Of a stretch of DNA of 64,000 nt, positions 40,527 to 52,746 are shown piece after piece. The notes beneath the pieces were generated by a model. That model was not told the origin of the DNA. It saw only the letters and a program-made list of their open reading frames with translations, and did not search any database. Source of the DNA: an uncultured Actinomycetota bacterium. GTDB taxonomy: Bacteria; Actinomycetota; Actinomycetes; CAVWCF01. The position numbers and the translations under genes were made by a program. The first letter of the stretch is position 1. The number at the start of each line of letters is the position of its first letter. The DNA is taken from NCBI GenBank assembly GCA_963753435.1, contig CAVWCF010000001.1, positions 288,001-352,000 on the forward strand, written 5' to 3'.

Positions 40527-41465
40527 GTGAGGCCCGTCGGAACTGCGACTCGACGAATCTTCCTCGCCGTAATCGTCGCCCAGATCACCATCACCGTCAC
40601 CGGTGGCATCGTGCGGCTCACTGGCTCCGGTCTCGGCTGCCCGACCTGGCCAGAATGCACTGACGGCGCTCTGGCACCCGTCCGCGAACAAGTGGAGGGC
40701 TTGCACAGCTACATCGAGTTCGGCAACCGACTGCTCACCTTCGTTGTCGGTCTGGTGGTGATCGCTTCGATCATCGCGGCCTGGCGGCACCGCCCTCGCC
40801 GCACGCCCCTGGTCCTACTTGCGGCCGCGGGTCTCCTCGGAGTCGTTGGCCAAGCAATCCTCGGCGGCATCACGGTGCTCACCGGGCTTCATCCGGCCAC
40901 GGTCGCGGCGCATTTCCTGCTCTCAATGGTGCTGGTGGCCCTGGCCACAGTGCTGCACTACCGGGGCAATGAATCCGGGGATGGTCCGGCCACTGCGACC
41001 GTACGACCGGAGTTGTACTGGCTGGCCCGTGGGCTGCTGGTGGTTGGCGCGGCGGTGCTGACGGTGGGCACGATCGTGACCGGCTCCGGCCCGCACAGCG
41101 GGGACGCCGATACCCCGGCACGATTCGGATTCGACCCGCGCGTGGTGGCTTGGCTGCACGCGGATCTCGTGATCCTTTTCATCGGCCTGCTGGCTGCATT
41201 CCTGCTGGCTTGTCACTTGGTTCAGGTGCCCACCGCGGTTCGAACCGCTGCCTGGTGGGTGATGGGCGTCGCCCTGGCCCAAGGGCTCATTGGCTACGTC
41301 CAATTCTTCACGGGCCTGCCCGAGGTGCTGGTTGCTATGCACCTGGCCGGGGCGGGCATCTTGTGGGCGCTGGTAGTCCGGATGGCGCTGACCACACGGA
41401 CCCGCTCGGCCGCGTCGCTGTCCGGCGCCGCCTCAGCGCAGCCGGCGCAGCAGCCCGTCGGCTAG
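40527..41465 (+). CDS. ctaA: Heme A synthase (Cox15/CtaA)
   Basis: GSGLGCPTWPEC, IEFGNR, AAHF, GSGPHSGD. Confidence 0.9.
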   Translation: MRPVGTATRRIFLAVIVAQITITVTGGIVRLTGSGLGCPTWPECTDGALAPVREQVEGLHSYIEFGNRLLTFVVGLVVIASIIAAWRHRPRRTPLVLLAAAGLLGVVGQAILGGITVLTGLHPATVAAHFLLSMVLVALATVLHYRGNESGDGPATATVRPELYWLARGLLVVGAAVLTVGTIVTGSGPHSGDADTPARFGFDPRVVAWLHADLVILFIGLLAAFLLACHLVQVPTAVRTAAWWVMGVALAQGLIGYVQFFTGLPEVLVAMHLAGAGILWALVVRMALTTRTRSAASLSGAASAQPAQQPVG

Positions 41466-42266
41466 CGCGTCGGCGGCCGGCGGGTGCTGCTCCAGAAACA
41501 ACGTCGGCTCGGTCAACTCAAGTTCCAGAAGCAGCCACTCTTCAGCCACCGGGACCAGATCCACCCGGGCGAACAGCAAGTCCGCAGCGCCAGCGGCCGA
41601 AATCACCCGCCGCGCGGCCTGGCCCAACTTCTCGGCAACAGGCACGAGTGCATCCGGATCCCCGTGGCCACCCACGGTCAGCGCCGGGACCTTTCGCACC
41701 GCGTGGCTGATCTCCCCGTCGATGAAGACCACGGCCACTTCGCCGGGGTTCTCGACCTCAGCGAAGTACGGCTGCACCAGCACGTCGCGACCGGCGGCGA
41801 GCAACCAATCCGCGTGTTCGCGGGCGGCGGCCCCAGTGGCCAACACTGTGTCGGCCGCGCCGGCGGACACGGCCGGCTTGATAACGACGGGTTGGTCGAT
41901 TGGCGACCAGTGGGGCTGGGCCGGGGTAAGCAGCGTGGTCGGGATCACCGGTACGCCAGTTGCGGCTAGGTCCAACAAGTAGCTCTTGTGGGTATTGGCG
42001 CGCATCACCTCGGGCGGGTTGTGCACTGCCGTCAATCTTGCTGCGCTATCGGCCCAGGCGAGAAACTCGGCCCGACGTCGGTGGTAATCCCACGGCGACC
42101 GGATCAGCGCCGCGTCGAAGCCGGCCCAATCCACGTCGGCGTCCCAGCGATGCACCTCGCAAACCGCAGACCGGCGCGCGAAGGCCGGCAACGCCCACTC
42201 CACGTCCAGATCGGGATCGTCCGGGAGCAACTCCCCGGTGACATACGCAATGCGTACCGGGGTCAC
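41433..42266 (-). CDS. ATP-grasp ligase (RimK/glutathione-synthetase-like)
   Basis: IRSPWDY, NTHKSYL, VIKPAVSAG, VQPY, ARVDL, ELELTEP. Confidence 0.85.
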   Translation of the reverse strand: MTPVRIAYVTGELLPDDPDLDVEWALPAFARRSAVCEVHRWDADVDWAGFDAALIRSPWDYHRRRAEFLAWADSAARLTAVHNPPEVMRANTHKSYLLDLAATGVPVIPTTLLTPAQPHWSPIDQPVVIKPAVSAGAADTVLATGAAAREHADWLLAAGRDVLVQPYFAEVENPGEVAVVFIDGEISHAVRKVPALTVGGHGDPDALVPVAEKLGQAARRVISAAGAADLLFARVDLVPVAEEWLLLELELTEPTLFLEQHPPAADALADGLLRRLR

Positions 42267-42279
42267 GAAGTCACAGCAA

Positions 42280-43212
42280 CTACCCGATCACCGCGTCGAC
42301 AGCGACGGCGGTGAAGAGCAGCGCCAAGTAGGTGATCGAACCGTGGAAGAGGCGCATCGGCTGGGCTGGCTGTCCATCTCGAACGCGCCGCCACAACGCC
42401 ACTGCTTCCCAAAGGAACCATGCGCCGGTAGCGACGGCCACCACGCTGTAGACCACGCCCATCCCGGCGACCGGAACCAAGAGCAGCGAGAACGCGACCA
42501 TGACCACGCTGTAGGCGACGATCTCGACTGCCACGCGACGCTCGGACGCCACCACCGGCAGCATCGGCACTCCGGCGGCGGCGTAGTCGTCTCGGAACCG
42601 CAACGACAGTGGCCAGTAATGCGGTGGGGTCCAGAAGAAGACGACGGCGAACAGCACGACCGGCGTCCAGCTCAATGAGCCCGTTACCGCCGACCAGCCG
42701 ATCAAGACCGGCATGCAACCGGCGGCACCACCCCAGACGATGTTCTGGGCGGTGCGTCGCTTCAGGCCGAGGGTGTAGACGAGAACATAGAAGGCCACCG
42801 CTACCGCGGTCAGCACAGCCGATAGGCCGTTTACCAGCGTGGCCATCCAGACCACGGCGGAGATGCTCAGCACCAGGCCCAGGAGCAGCGCTTCGCGTGG
42901 GGAAACCTGCCCAGTTGCCAAAGGGCGATGGGCGGTGCGCTCCATCAGTCCGTCGATGTCCCGGTCCACGTAGCAGTTCAGGACGTTTGCCCCGGCGGCG
43001 GACAGCGTCCCGCCGATCAGTGTTGCGACGACAAGCCACAGCGGGGGGATGCCGCCCTCGGCGAGGAACATTGCCGGGACGGTCGTGACGAGGAGCAACT
43101 CGATGATCCGTGGCTTGCTCAGGGTTATCCACGCACGCAGACGGCTGGTGCGTCGCGCCGGCGACTGGGGCGTTGCGTCGCTGGCCGCGGGTCGCGGATC
43201 TACTGCGGTCAC
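42280..43212 (-). CDS. ctaB: Heme O synthase (protoheme IX farnesyltransferase)
   Basis: [27 protein letters not shown]. Confidence 0.95.
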   Translation of the reverse strand: MTAVDPRPAASDATPQSPARRTSRLRAWITLSKPRIIELLLVTTVPAMFLAEGGIPPLWLVVATLIGGTLSAAGANVLNCYVDRDIDGLMERTAHRPLATGQVSPREALLLGLVLSISAVVWMATLVNGLSAVLTAVAVAFYVLVYTLGLKRRTAQNIVWGGAAGCMPVLIGWSAVTGSLSWTPVVLFAVVFFWTPPHYWPLSLRFRDDYAAAGVPMLPVVASERRVAVEIVAYSVVMVAFSLLLVPVAGMGVVYSVVAVATGAWFLWEAVALWRRVRDGQPAQPMRLFHGSITYLALLFTAVAVDAVIG

Positions 43213-43352
43213 GGCACCTCGTCACGCGCCTGTCGGCGCACCCGAACCCAGAGCCGACGTGCGGCCCACCTCCCGGCGCTTTGTCGCCGATCAGCCCGCT
43301 CAGCCTAGCCGGTAGGGTTCTTGAGCCCTTGTCCCGAGAGGAGATCCGGTCA

Positions 43353-45390
43353 GTGAGCGTGCGGACCGACAACCCGGTTCTGCCGGACTGGACCGAAACC
43401 GACGATCGAGCCCTAAACGTCATCCGCGGCCTCGCCATGGATGCAGTAGAGGCCGCGGGCAACGGGCACCCGGGCACCGCCATGGCCCTGGCCCCGGCGG
43501 CCTATCTGCTCTTCCAACGACACCTGCGCCACGACCCCGCGGATCCGGGCTGGCTGGGCCGGGACCGGTTCGTGCTTTCCTGCGGTCACAGCAGCCTGAC
43601 GCTGTACATCCAGCTCTTCTTGTCTGGGTATCCCCTGACTCTCGATGACCTCAAAGCGTTCCGCTCCTGGGGCAGCCAGACTCCCGGACACCCTGAGTAC
43701 GGGCACACCCCGGGCGTTGAGACCACGACGGGGCCGTTGGGTCAGGGGTTGGCCACTGCGGTCGGCATGGCGATGGGGGTCCGCCGCAGTCGGGCCCTGC
43801 TGGACCCGGACGCCGTCGCCGGCACGAGCCCTTTCGATCACACCATCTGGGTGTTCGCATCCGACGGTGACATCGAGGAGGGGGTCACTGCAGAGGCCTC
43901 CTCCCTGGCCGGCCACCTGAAGTTGGACAACCTGATCGTCTTGTACGACGCCAACCGGATCACGATCGAGGGCGACACGGGGTTGGCGCTGTCCGAGGAT
44001 GTGCTGGCCCGATACGCCGCGTACGGCTGGCACACCCAACGCGTAGCCGACATCCGCGATGTCGCCGCGCTGGATGCGGCCTTTCGAGCCGCACGTGCCG
44101 CAGATCGACCCGCCTTCATCGAGGTGAACTCGGTCATCGCCTGGCCGGCGCCAAACGCCAGCAACACAGCCGCCTCGCATGGTTCGGCGCTTGGGGCGGA
44201 TGAAGTTGCGGCGACTAAGCGACTTCTGGGCCTGGACCCCGATTCGACGTTCGAAGTGCCCACAGCGGTGCTGGAGCGCAGCCGGCAGGTCGCAGCCAGA
44301 GGGGCGGAATTGCGCGCAACCTGGGACGGCGACCTAGCCCGGTGGCGCAGCAGCCATCCGGACCGCGCAGAGTTGCTGGACCGCCTGAGCCGCCGTGAGT
44401 TGCCCGCAGGCTGGACCGACGTGTTGCCGGAATTCGAGGTCGGCGCCTCCGTGGCGACGCGGTCGGCGAGCGGGAAAACACTGCAAGCGCTCGGTGCCGT
44501 ACTGCCTGAGCTATGGGGTGGCTCCGCGGACCTGGCCGGCTCGAACAACACGACCATCGACGGCAACGACAGCTTTCGGGCCGGAACACCCCGGACGCAC
44601 CATCCACTTCGGCATCCGCGAGCACGCCATGGGTGCAGCTCTAAACGGCATTGCGCTGCACGGCCTTACTCGGGCCTACGGCGGCACCTTCCTGGTCTTC
44701 AGTGACTACATGCGACCGGCGGTGCGGCTGGCGGCCTTGATGAACCTGCCAACGGTCTACGTGTGGACCCACGACTCCATCGGACTGGGTGAGGACGGGC
44801 CGACACACCAGCCGGTGGAACACCTGGCCGCACTGCGAGCCATCCCGGGGCTGGCGGTCGTCCGACCCGCCGATGCCACCGAGACCGCGGGCGCCTGGGC
44901 TGCCACGCTCGAGTCCGACGGTCCGGTGGCGCTGTGTCTGACCAGGCAAGGGCTACCCGTGCTGACTGGTTCCGACCCGGCCGCTGTGTCGCGTGGCGCC
45001 TACGTGGTCAGTGAAGCCGAGGGTGGCTCACCCCAGGTTCTCTTGCTTGCATCGGGGTCGGAAGTACAGATCGCCCTCGAAGCCCAAGACGTCCTCCAGC
45101 GCACCGGCGTCCCGGCGCGCGTGGTGTCCGTCCCGTGCATGGAGTGGTTTGCGCAACAGCCGGAGGACTATCGCGACGAGATCCTCCCGCCAGCGGTACG
45201 GGCACGAGTCTCAGTCGAGGCCGCGACCGCGCTGCCGTGGCATCGACTGGTTGGCGACATCGGAAAGACGGTGAGCCTGGAGCATTTCGGCGCATCGGCA
45301 CCGTACGAACGCCTGTACGCCGAATTCGGGTTGACCGCCGATGCTGTCGTGGCCGCGGCGCGGGAGTCTCTCGCGGAGGTAACCGGGTGA
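43353..45390 (+). CDS. tkt: Transketolase, split by an apparent +1 frameshift at about 44574-44592
   Basis: Frame 1: GHPG, RDRFVLSCGH, GPLGQG, SDGDIEEG, GSADL. Frame 2 continues GRTIHFGIREHAM, THDSIGLGEDGPTHQ, FGASA. Confidence 0.9.
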
Positions 45391-46490
45391 ATGGATCGCT
45401 GCGTGCCCTGACGCAGGCGGGAGTCTCGGTGTGGCTCGATGACATGAGTCGGGCCCGATTGCGGGACGGCAGCCTCCAGCAACTGATCTCGGACCTCGGG
45501 GTCAGCGGAGTCACGACCAACCCGACCATCTTCGCCGGTGCCGTATCCGACTCGGCTACCTACGCCGACGGTCTGGCCGACCTGAGTCGCCAGGGCGAAG
45601 ACGCCGAGGCGGCGACCGAAACCCTCATGGTCCAGGACGTCGCCGGCGCATGTGACGTCCTGCTCGGCACCTGGGAGTCGACCGAAGGTGTGGACGGCCG
45701 GGTCTCGATCGAAGTGGACCCCACGCTGGCGCATGAGGAGGACGCCACGGTCGAAGTGGCCCAACGACTTCATGACCGCGTGGGGCGGCCCAATGTCCTG
45801 GTGAAGATTCCGGCAACAAAGGCTGGGCTTCCTGCCATCCAGCGCACGCTGGCGGCGGGGGTTTCGGTCAACGTGACCCTTATCTTCTCGCCGGTTCGGT
45901 ACCGGGAGGTCCTGGACGCTTGGGCTGCCGGCTGCGAGCAGGCACTGGAATCCGGAGTTCCGGCCGAACGCCTGGTGAGCGTCGCATCATTCTTCGTCAG
46001 TCGCGTGGACACCGCAGTGGACCCGCTGCTCGATGAATCCGGCGATCCGCTCGCCGCCCAACTGCGCGGCGGCACCGGACTGGCGAACGCCCGACTTGCT
46101 CACGGAGTCTTCCGCGACTTCTGTGCCACCGAGCGGGTTCAGGCGCTCGCTGCATCCGGGGTTCGGCTGCAACGACCGCTATGGGCGTCCACTGGCGTGA
46201 AGGATCCGGCCTACTCCCCCACGATGTACGTGGACGGCCTGGTCACCGAGGGAACCGTGAACACGCTCCCGGAGGCCACCTTGCACGCTGCTGCGGCCGC
46301 CGACCCCGTTTCGGCGGAGACCGTGATCAGCCGGTACGACGAAGCCGTTGAGCATTTCAACCGCCTGGCCGAGGTAGGCGTGGACATGGAATCCGTCTAT
46401 CTGAATCTGGAGCGAGAGGGCGTCGACAAGTTCGTGGGTTCCTGGCGTGACCTCCTGCGCAGCGTGGACTCGGGGTTGGCGCAGGCATGA
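45387..46490 (+). CDS. tal: Transaldolase
   Basis: WLDD, GVTTNPTIF, VKIPAT, NVTLIF, QRPLWAST. Confidence 0.95.
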   Translation: MNGSLRALTQAGVSVWLDDMSRARLRDGSLQQLISDLGVSGVTTNPTIFAGAVSDSATYADGLADLSRQGEDAEAATETLMVQDVAGACDVLLGTWESTEGVDGRVSIEVDPTLAHEEDATVEVAQRLHDRVGRPNVLVKIPATKAGLPAIQRTLAAGVSVNVTLIFSPVRYREVLDAWAAGCEQALESGVPAERLVSVASFFVSRVDTAVDPLLDESGDPLAAQLRGGTGLANARLAHGVFRDFCATERVQALAASGVRLQRPLWASTGVKDPAYSPTMYVDGLVTEGTVNTLPEATLHAAAAADPVSAETVISRYDEAVEHFNRLAEVGVDMESVYLNLEREGVDKFVGSWRDLLRSVDSGLAQA

Positions 46491-47947
46491 TCGACGTCAT
46501 TGCCGCCGACCCGGACATCGACGACCTGCTCGCCGATTGGCAAAGTCGTTCGCTGGTGTCGCGGCTTGCCGCCGGCGAAACCGACTTGTGGGGCCCCGAC
46601 GCGCAAGCGGAGGCCACCCAGCGGCTCGGCTGGCTGGACCTGCCCGCCGACAGCTTGCGCCGGCTGCCGCAGTGGCAGGAACTGACGGTTGAGCGAGCCG
46701 ATCTGCGACGCGTGGCGTTGGCCGGCATGGGTGGTTCCTCCCTGGGTGCGGAGGTTGTCGCAAACGCAACCGGAGTCGACCTGGTGACGGTGGACACCAC
46801 CGATCCGGTCGCGGTTCAGCGTCGACTTCTGGACCGCGCCACAGAGACGCTGCTCGTCGTCGCCAGCAAGTCCGGCAGCACCGTCGAAACCAACGCCCAT
46901 CGGCAGGCCTTTGAGCAAACCCTCGCCGAAGCCGGGCTGGACCCGGGTCAACGCGCGCGGCACATCATCGTGGTAACCGACCCTGGCTCCCCGTTGGAGC
47001 AGCTCGCTGGCGAGGCCGGTTGGGCGGTAGTGCACGGCCGTGCCGATGTCGGTGGTCGGTTCAGCGTGCTCTCGGCGTTCGGCCTGCTAGCCCCACTGCT
47101 GGCCGGGGCCGCGATCGGCCCGCTGCTCGCGGACGCAGCGCAGTTTCAGCCCCTGTTGGCCGACCCGCAGGGACCGGCGGCGCGCCTGGGTGCGGCCATG
47201 GCGTTGGCAGCCAAGCGGACCGGCCAGATGGCGCCCCGGGGTGCCTTCGGATTCGCCGACTGGGCGGAGCAACTGATTGCCGAATCCAGCGGCAAGTCCG
47301 GTACCGGGCTGCTTCCCGTGGTGGGCGAATCCCCGGTGGCCGTCGTCTTCGGCGACGAAGCCGGGGCCGAGGTTCGGGTGGATGGGCCGCTCGGAGCGCA
47401 GTTCTTGGCGTGGGAGTTCGCAACGTCGCTGTTGTGCGCTGAACTTGGGGTGAACGCCTTCGACCAGCCGGACGTTCAGCGGGCCAAGTCGGCTACGTCC
47501 GCGTTGCTCGCCGAGGGCAGTTCGTGGGGGACGCCCGACCGGGACCCGGCGGAAGTGGGACCGGACCTGGCTGCCCTGGCCGACGGGGTCCCCAGTGGCG
47601 GGTATCTGGCCATCCTGGCGTTCCTCGATCCGGATGCGGACCGCGACCTGCAGAAACTGCGCGACCGCCTGCAGGCGCGCCGCAGCGACATCTCCGTCAC
47701 ATTCGGATGGGGTCCCCGGTACCTGCACTCCACCGGTCAGTACCACAAGGGCGGCCCTGCGGTCGGTTCCTACCTGTTCATCACCGGCTCCGCGGGCCAA
47801 CAGGTCTCCGGTGGATACGCCTTCGCAGATCTCCAGCGAGCGCAGGCGCTAGGTGACCTCAAGGTGCTTCAGGACCTCGGCCGACCGACTCTGCACGTGC
47901 ATCTGACGGACCGACGCACAGGTATCGCCGCATTGCTAGCGACCTGA
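46487..47947 (+). CDS. pgi: Glucose-6-phosphate isomerase
   Basis: GMGGSSLG, SKSGST, GGRFS, AESSGK, FDQPDV, HSTGQYHKGG. Confidence 0.88.
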   Translation: MIDVIAADPDIDDLLADWQSRSLVSRLAAGETDLWGPDAQAEATQRLGWLDLPADSLRRLPQWQELTVERADLRRVALAGMGGSSLGAEVVANATGVDLVTVDTTDPVAVQRRLLDRATETLLVVASKSGSTVETNAHRQAFEQTLAEAGLDPGQRARHIIVVTDPGSPLEQLAGEAGWAVVHGRADVGGRFSVLSAFGLLAPLLAGAAIGPLLADAAQFQPLLADPQGPAARLGAAMALAAKRTGQMAPRGAFGFADWAEQLIAESSGKSGTGLLPVVGESPVAVVFGDEAGAEVRVDGPLGAQFLAWEFATSLLCAELGVNAFDQPDVQRAKSATSALLAEGSSWGTPDRDPAEVGPDLAALADGVPSGGYLAILAFLDPDADRDLQKLRDRLQARRSDISVTFGWGPRYLHSTGQYHKGGPAVGSYLFITGSAGQQVSGGYAFADLQRAQALGDLKVLQDLGRPTLHVHLTDRRTGIAALLAT

Positions 47948-48004
47948 TGCGGGCGTACCCAATCGTCAAGCTGTGATCGATCCGGCGTCGCTTGAACTGG
48001 GCCC

Positions 48005-48346
48005 CTAGCGCTTACGGTTCTTGCGCAGTTCCTCGATCGCCTCGTCCAGGATCGCGGCGCCGTCCTTGTCGCTGCGCCGTTCCTTCACGTACGCAAGGTG
48101 AGTCTTGTATGGCTCGTTCTTGGGCGGCGACGGCGGATTGGCCTTGTCCTGTCCGGCCGGCCATCCGCAGCGCGGGCAGTCCCACTGCTCGGGGATGTCC
48201 GCCTCTTCGGCGAACGAGGGACGGGATTCGTGGCCCTGGCCGCACCAGAACGAGATGATGAACCGAGGAGCGGCCTCGCCGCGTTCCTGCTCTCCCATCG
48301 GTCCGGCCCCTACTCGGGACCCCCGAATTGCGCTACCGCCGGCCAC
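48005..48346 (-). CDS. rbpA: RNA polymerase-binding protein, RbpA family (zinc-binding type)
   Basis: C-x3-H...CPRC and KTHLAYVKERRS; adjacent to secG. Confidence 0.85.
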   Translation of the reverse strand: MAGGSAIRGSRVGAGPMGEQERGEAAPRFIISFWCGQGHESRPSFAEEADIPEQWDCPRCGWPAGQDKANPPSPPKNEPYKTHLAYVKERRSDKDGAAILDEAIEELRKNRKR

Positions 48347-48373
48347 TGGCCCTCCCCTTCGTTCGTTGCATGA

Positions 48374-48619
48374 TCACGCTAGGGACTTAACGACCAGGCC
48401 CAGGGCCACAACGCAGGCGATCCACACGATGCCGATGCCGATCGTGAGTCGATCCAGGTTGCGCTCAACCACCGATGAGCCACCGTAGGAGGTCGAGATA
48501 CCCCCGCCGAACATGTCGGACAGCCCACCGCCCTTGCCCTTGTGTAGAAGCACAAGGCTGATGAGCGCCAAACTTGTGAGCGCCAACAAGATCGCGAAGA
48601 TATACGCGATGATCGTCAC
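48374..48619 (-). CDS. secG: Preprotein translocase subunit
   Basis: LLHKGKGGGLSDMFGGG, ERNLDR. Confidence 0.95.
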   Translation of the reverse strand: MTIIAYIFAILLALTSLALISLVLLHKGKGGGLSDMFGGGISTSYGGSSVVERNLDRLTIGIGIVWIACVVALGLVVKSLA

Positions 48620-48667
48620 GAGCGGTCCTTCCAGTGGTCCTCGGCGAGCAGGATAACCCGCAAGTGG

Positions 48668-49453
48668 CTACGAGCCGATCTCGCGGTACCGAGCAAGGTC
48701 GGCGAACGACTCCGGCTTCAGGGACGCACCCCCGACCAGCGCGCCGTCCACGTCCGGCTGGGCCATGATCGAAACCACGTTGTCCGGCTTCACCGACCCG
48801 CCGTAGAGGATGCGGACCCCGCTACCGGCGTCGGCGCCGTGCAGTTCGGTGATGACCGACCGGATCGCGGCGGCCATCTCCTGCGCGTCCTCGCCCGTCG
48901 CGACCTCACCGGTGCCAATCGCCCACACCGGTTCGTAGGCGACAACTCCCTCGTTGACCTTGGCGGAGTCGGCCCCGGCCAAGGATCCACGCAGCTGTTC
49001 CAGCGTGTACTCGACCTGCGTTCCGGATTGCCGGACATCCAATGGCTCGCCCACGCACACGATCGGGGTGAGCCCATGTCGCCAAGCCGCCTGCGCCTTG
49101 GCGGCCACCATCTCGTTGGACTCGGCGTGATACTGCCGCCGTTCGCTGTGCCCGACCGTCACGAACGAGCAGCCCAACTTGGCCAGCATGGCACCGGAGA
49201 TCTCCCCGGTGAACGCCCCATCCTCGTTTGCGGACAGGTCTTGTGCCCCGTACCGGATTCGGAGTCGGTCACCGTCCACCAGGGTCTGCACGGACCGAAT
49301 GGCTGTGAACGGCGGAAGCACGACCACGTCCACTGCTTCGTAATCGGCATCGGTCAGCGTGAATGCAAGCTTCTGCACGTGGGCGATGGCGTCCAGATGA
49401 TTCAGGTTCATCTTCCAGTTGCCGGCCATGAGCGGCTTTCGGGCCGCGGTCAT
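48668..49453 (-). CDS. tpiA: Triosephosphate isomerase
   Basis: [28 protein letters not shown]. Confidence 0.97.
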   Translation of the reverse strand: MTAARKPLMAGNWKMNLNHLDAIAHVQKLAFTLTDADYEAVDVVVLPPFTAIRSVQTLVDGDRLRIRYGAQDLSANEDGAFTGEISGAMLAKLGCSFVTVGHSERRQYHAESNEMVAAKAQAAWRHGLTPIVCVGEPLDVRQSGTQVEYTLEQLRGSLAGADSAKVNEGVVAYEPVWAIGTGEVATGEDAQEMAAAIRSVITELHGADAGSGVRILYGGSVKPDNVVSIMAQPDVDGALVGGASLKPESFADLARYREIGS

Positions 49454-50643
49454 GAGTCGGTCTCCAGGGCCTGCAGCCCAGGAAGGGGCCGCCCTTCCAG
49501 GTACTCCAGACTGGCGCCGCCACCGGTGGAAATGTGGTCGTAGGCATCTTCCGACAGGCCGAGCAGTCGAACCGCAGCAGCCGAATCGCCGCCGCCGACA
49601 ACCGAGAACGCGTCGGATCTGGCCAACGCCTCGGCGACCTCACGGGTGCCGTGCGCGAAAGGTGGCATCTCAAAGACCCCCATCGGGCCGTTCCAGAAGA
49701 CGGTCCCGGAGTCCTGCAGTTCCGCCCCGAACAGCTGCCGCGTCTCCGGCCCGATGTCGAGGCCCATCATCGATTCGGGAATCGCGTCGGCATCCACGAC
49801 GTGGTGTTCGGCGTCCACTGCAAAATGCGTGGCAGCCACGACATCGACCGGCAGCAAGACCTCAACTCCGCGTTCCTCAGCAGCCGCCAATACTTCGGTC
49901 ACGGTCGGGATCAGTTCAGTCTCCAGCAGGGAGGATCCGACGCTGAACCCGCGGGCGGCGAGGAAGGTGAACGCCATGCCCCCACCGATGAGCAGTCGAT
50001 CCACGCTCTGGACCAGTGACGTTAGGACTGCCAGTTTGTCCGAGACCTTCGAACCACCCAACAGCACCGTGAACGGCCGCTTTGGATCGTCGGTGAGTTG
50101 GCGCAGCACCTCCACTTCCGCCGACACCAGCCGCCCGGCTGCGTGGGGCAACAGCAGCGGTAGGTCATAGACGCTGGCGTGCTTGCGGTGCAGCGCACCG
50201 AATCCGTCGCCGACGTACACGTCCGCAAGCCTCGCCAGTCTGGCCGCGAAGTCAGCCCGCTGCCTGTCGTCCTTGGCCGTCTCAGCGGCCTCAAAGCGCA
50301 GGTTCTCCAACATGGCCACCTGGCCGGGCTGAAGCGCGCTGGCCACGGCCGCAGCGGAGCCCCCGGCCACGTCGTCGGCCACTTTGACGTCGGTGGCCAG
50401 CAGCGCGGAAAGTCGGTCCGCAACCGGTTGCACCGACAGCTCGGGAACCACCTCGCCCTTAGGCCGCCCCAAGTGGCTGGCAACCAGGACTGCGGCACCA
50501 CGTCCGAGGAGGTCCTGAAGTGTCGGGAGGCAAGCGCGGATCCGCCCGTCGTCGGTTATCTCCTGGCCGTCCAGCGGGACATTCAGGTCAGCTCGGACGA
50601 ACACTGTCCGCTGTGCGACGTCCAGGTCGTCGAGAGTGCGCAT
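49450..50643 (-). CDS. pgk: Phosphoglycerate kinase
   Basis: [28 protein letters not shown]. Confidence 0.97.
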   Translation of the reverse strand: MRTLDDLDVAQRTVFVRADLNVPLDGQEITDDGRIRACLPTLQDLLGRGAAVLVASHLGRPKGEVVPELSVQPVADRLSALLATDVKVADDVAGGSAAAVASALQPGQVAMLENLRFEAAETAKDDRQRADFAARLARLADVYVGDGFGALHRKHASVYDLPLLLPHAAGRLVSAEVEVLRQLTDDPKRPFTVLLGGSKVSDKLAVLTSLVQSVDRLLIGGGMAFTFLAARGFSVGSSLLETELIPTVTEVLAAAEERGVEVLLPVDVVAATHFAVDAEHHVVDADAIPESMMGLDIGPETRQLFGAELQDSGTVFWNGPMGVFEMPPFAHGTREVAEALARSDAFSVVGGGDSAAAVRLLGLSEDAYDHISTGGGASLEYLEGRPLPGLQALETDS

Positions 50644-50648
50644 CCCGT

Positions 50649-51755
<1,107 letters not shown>

Positions 51756-51765
51756 CTATGGCCGC

Positions 51766-52746
51766 TCAGCCGTCGAGCATCTCCGGGGTCAGTGCCTGCT
51801 CGGTGTCCGGGATGCCCAACTCCTCCGCGCGCTTGTCGGCCATCGCCAGCAACCGGCGGATCCGGCCCGCGACTGCGTCCTTCGTAAGCGGCGGATTCGC
51901 CAGGGCGCCGAGTTCCTCCAACGATGCCTGCTTGTGCTGTAGACGCAGGTTGCCCGCTTCGGCGAGATGATCCGGAACCTCGTCACCGAGGATCTCCATG
52001 GCGCGTTCCACCCGGGCTCCGGCGGCCACCGCCGCGCGGACCGACCGCCGCAGGTTGGCGTCGTCGAAGTTGGCCAGGCGGTGTGCGGTCGCCCGAACCT
52101 CCCGGCGCATCCGCCGTTCCTCCCAAGCCAGGACGCTGTCGTGCGCGCCCAGTCGGGTCAGGAGCGAACCGATCGCGTCCCCGTCCTTGAGGACGACCCG
52201 GTCCACGCCCCGCACCTCACGGGCCTTTGCCGTAACGCCCAATCGGCGGGCCGCACCCACCAGGGCCATCGCCGCCTCCGGGCCGGGTGAGGTCACCTCC
52301 AGCGCGCTGCTGCGGCCAGGCTCGGTCAGGGAGCCGCGAGCCAGGAAGGCGCCCCGCCAAGCCGACTCGGCATCGCACAGGGAGCCGTTGACGACCTGTG
52401 ACGGCAACCCCCGTACCGGGCGGCCGCGGCTGTCGATCAGCCCCGTCTGCAGGGCCAGCGCCTCACCGTCCTTGACGACGCGGACGACGTATCTGTTGCC
52501 CTTGCGAAGTCCTCCCGGCGCCAGCACATGGACCTCGCTGGGGTGACCGAAGACCTCGGCGATGTCGCGGCGCAAGCGACGGGCCGCTGCACCCGTATCA
52601 AGCTCGGCCTCGACCACGATGCGACCGGCCACGATGTGCAGCCCACCTGCGAAACGCAGCGTCGTAGCCACCTCCGCTTTGCGGCAACAGGGCTTCGTGA
52701 TGGCGATCCGAGACAACTCGTCCTTGACCGCCGCTGTCATCGCCAC
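51766..52746 (-). CDS. whiA: DNA-binding protein WhiA
   Basis: [31 protein letters not shown]. Confidence 0.95.
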   Translation of the reverse strand: MAMTAAVKDELSRIAITKPCCRKAEVATTLRFAGGLHIVAGRIVVEAELDTGAAARRLRRDIAEVFGHPSEVHVLAPGGLRKGNRYVVRVVKDGEALALQTGLIDSRGRPVRGLPSQVVNGSLCDAESAWRGAFLARGSLTEPGRSSALEVTSPGPEAAMALVGAARRLGVTAKAREVRGVDRVVLKDGDAIGSLLTRLGAHDSVLAWEERRMRREVRATAHRLANFDDANLRRSVRAAVAAGARVERAMEILGDEVPDHLAEAGNLRLQHKQASLEELGALANPPLTKDAVAGRIRRLLAMADKRAEELGIPDTEQALTPEMLDG

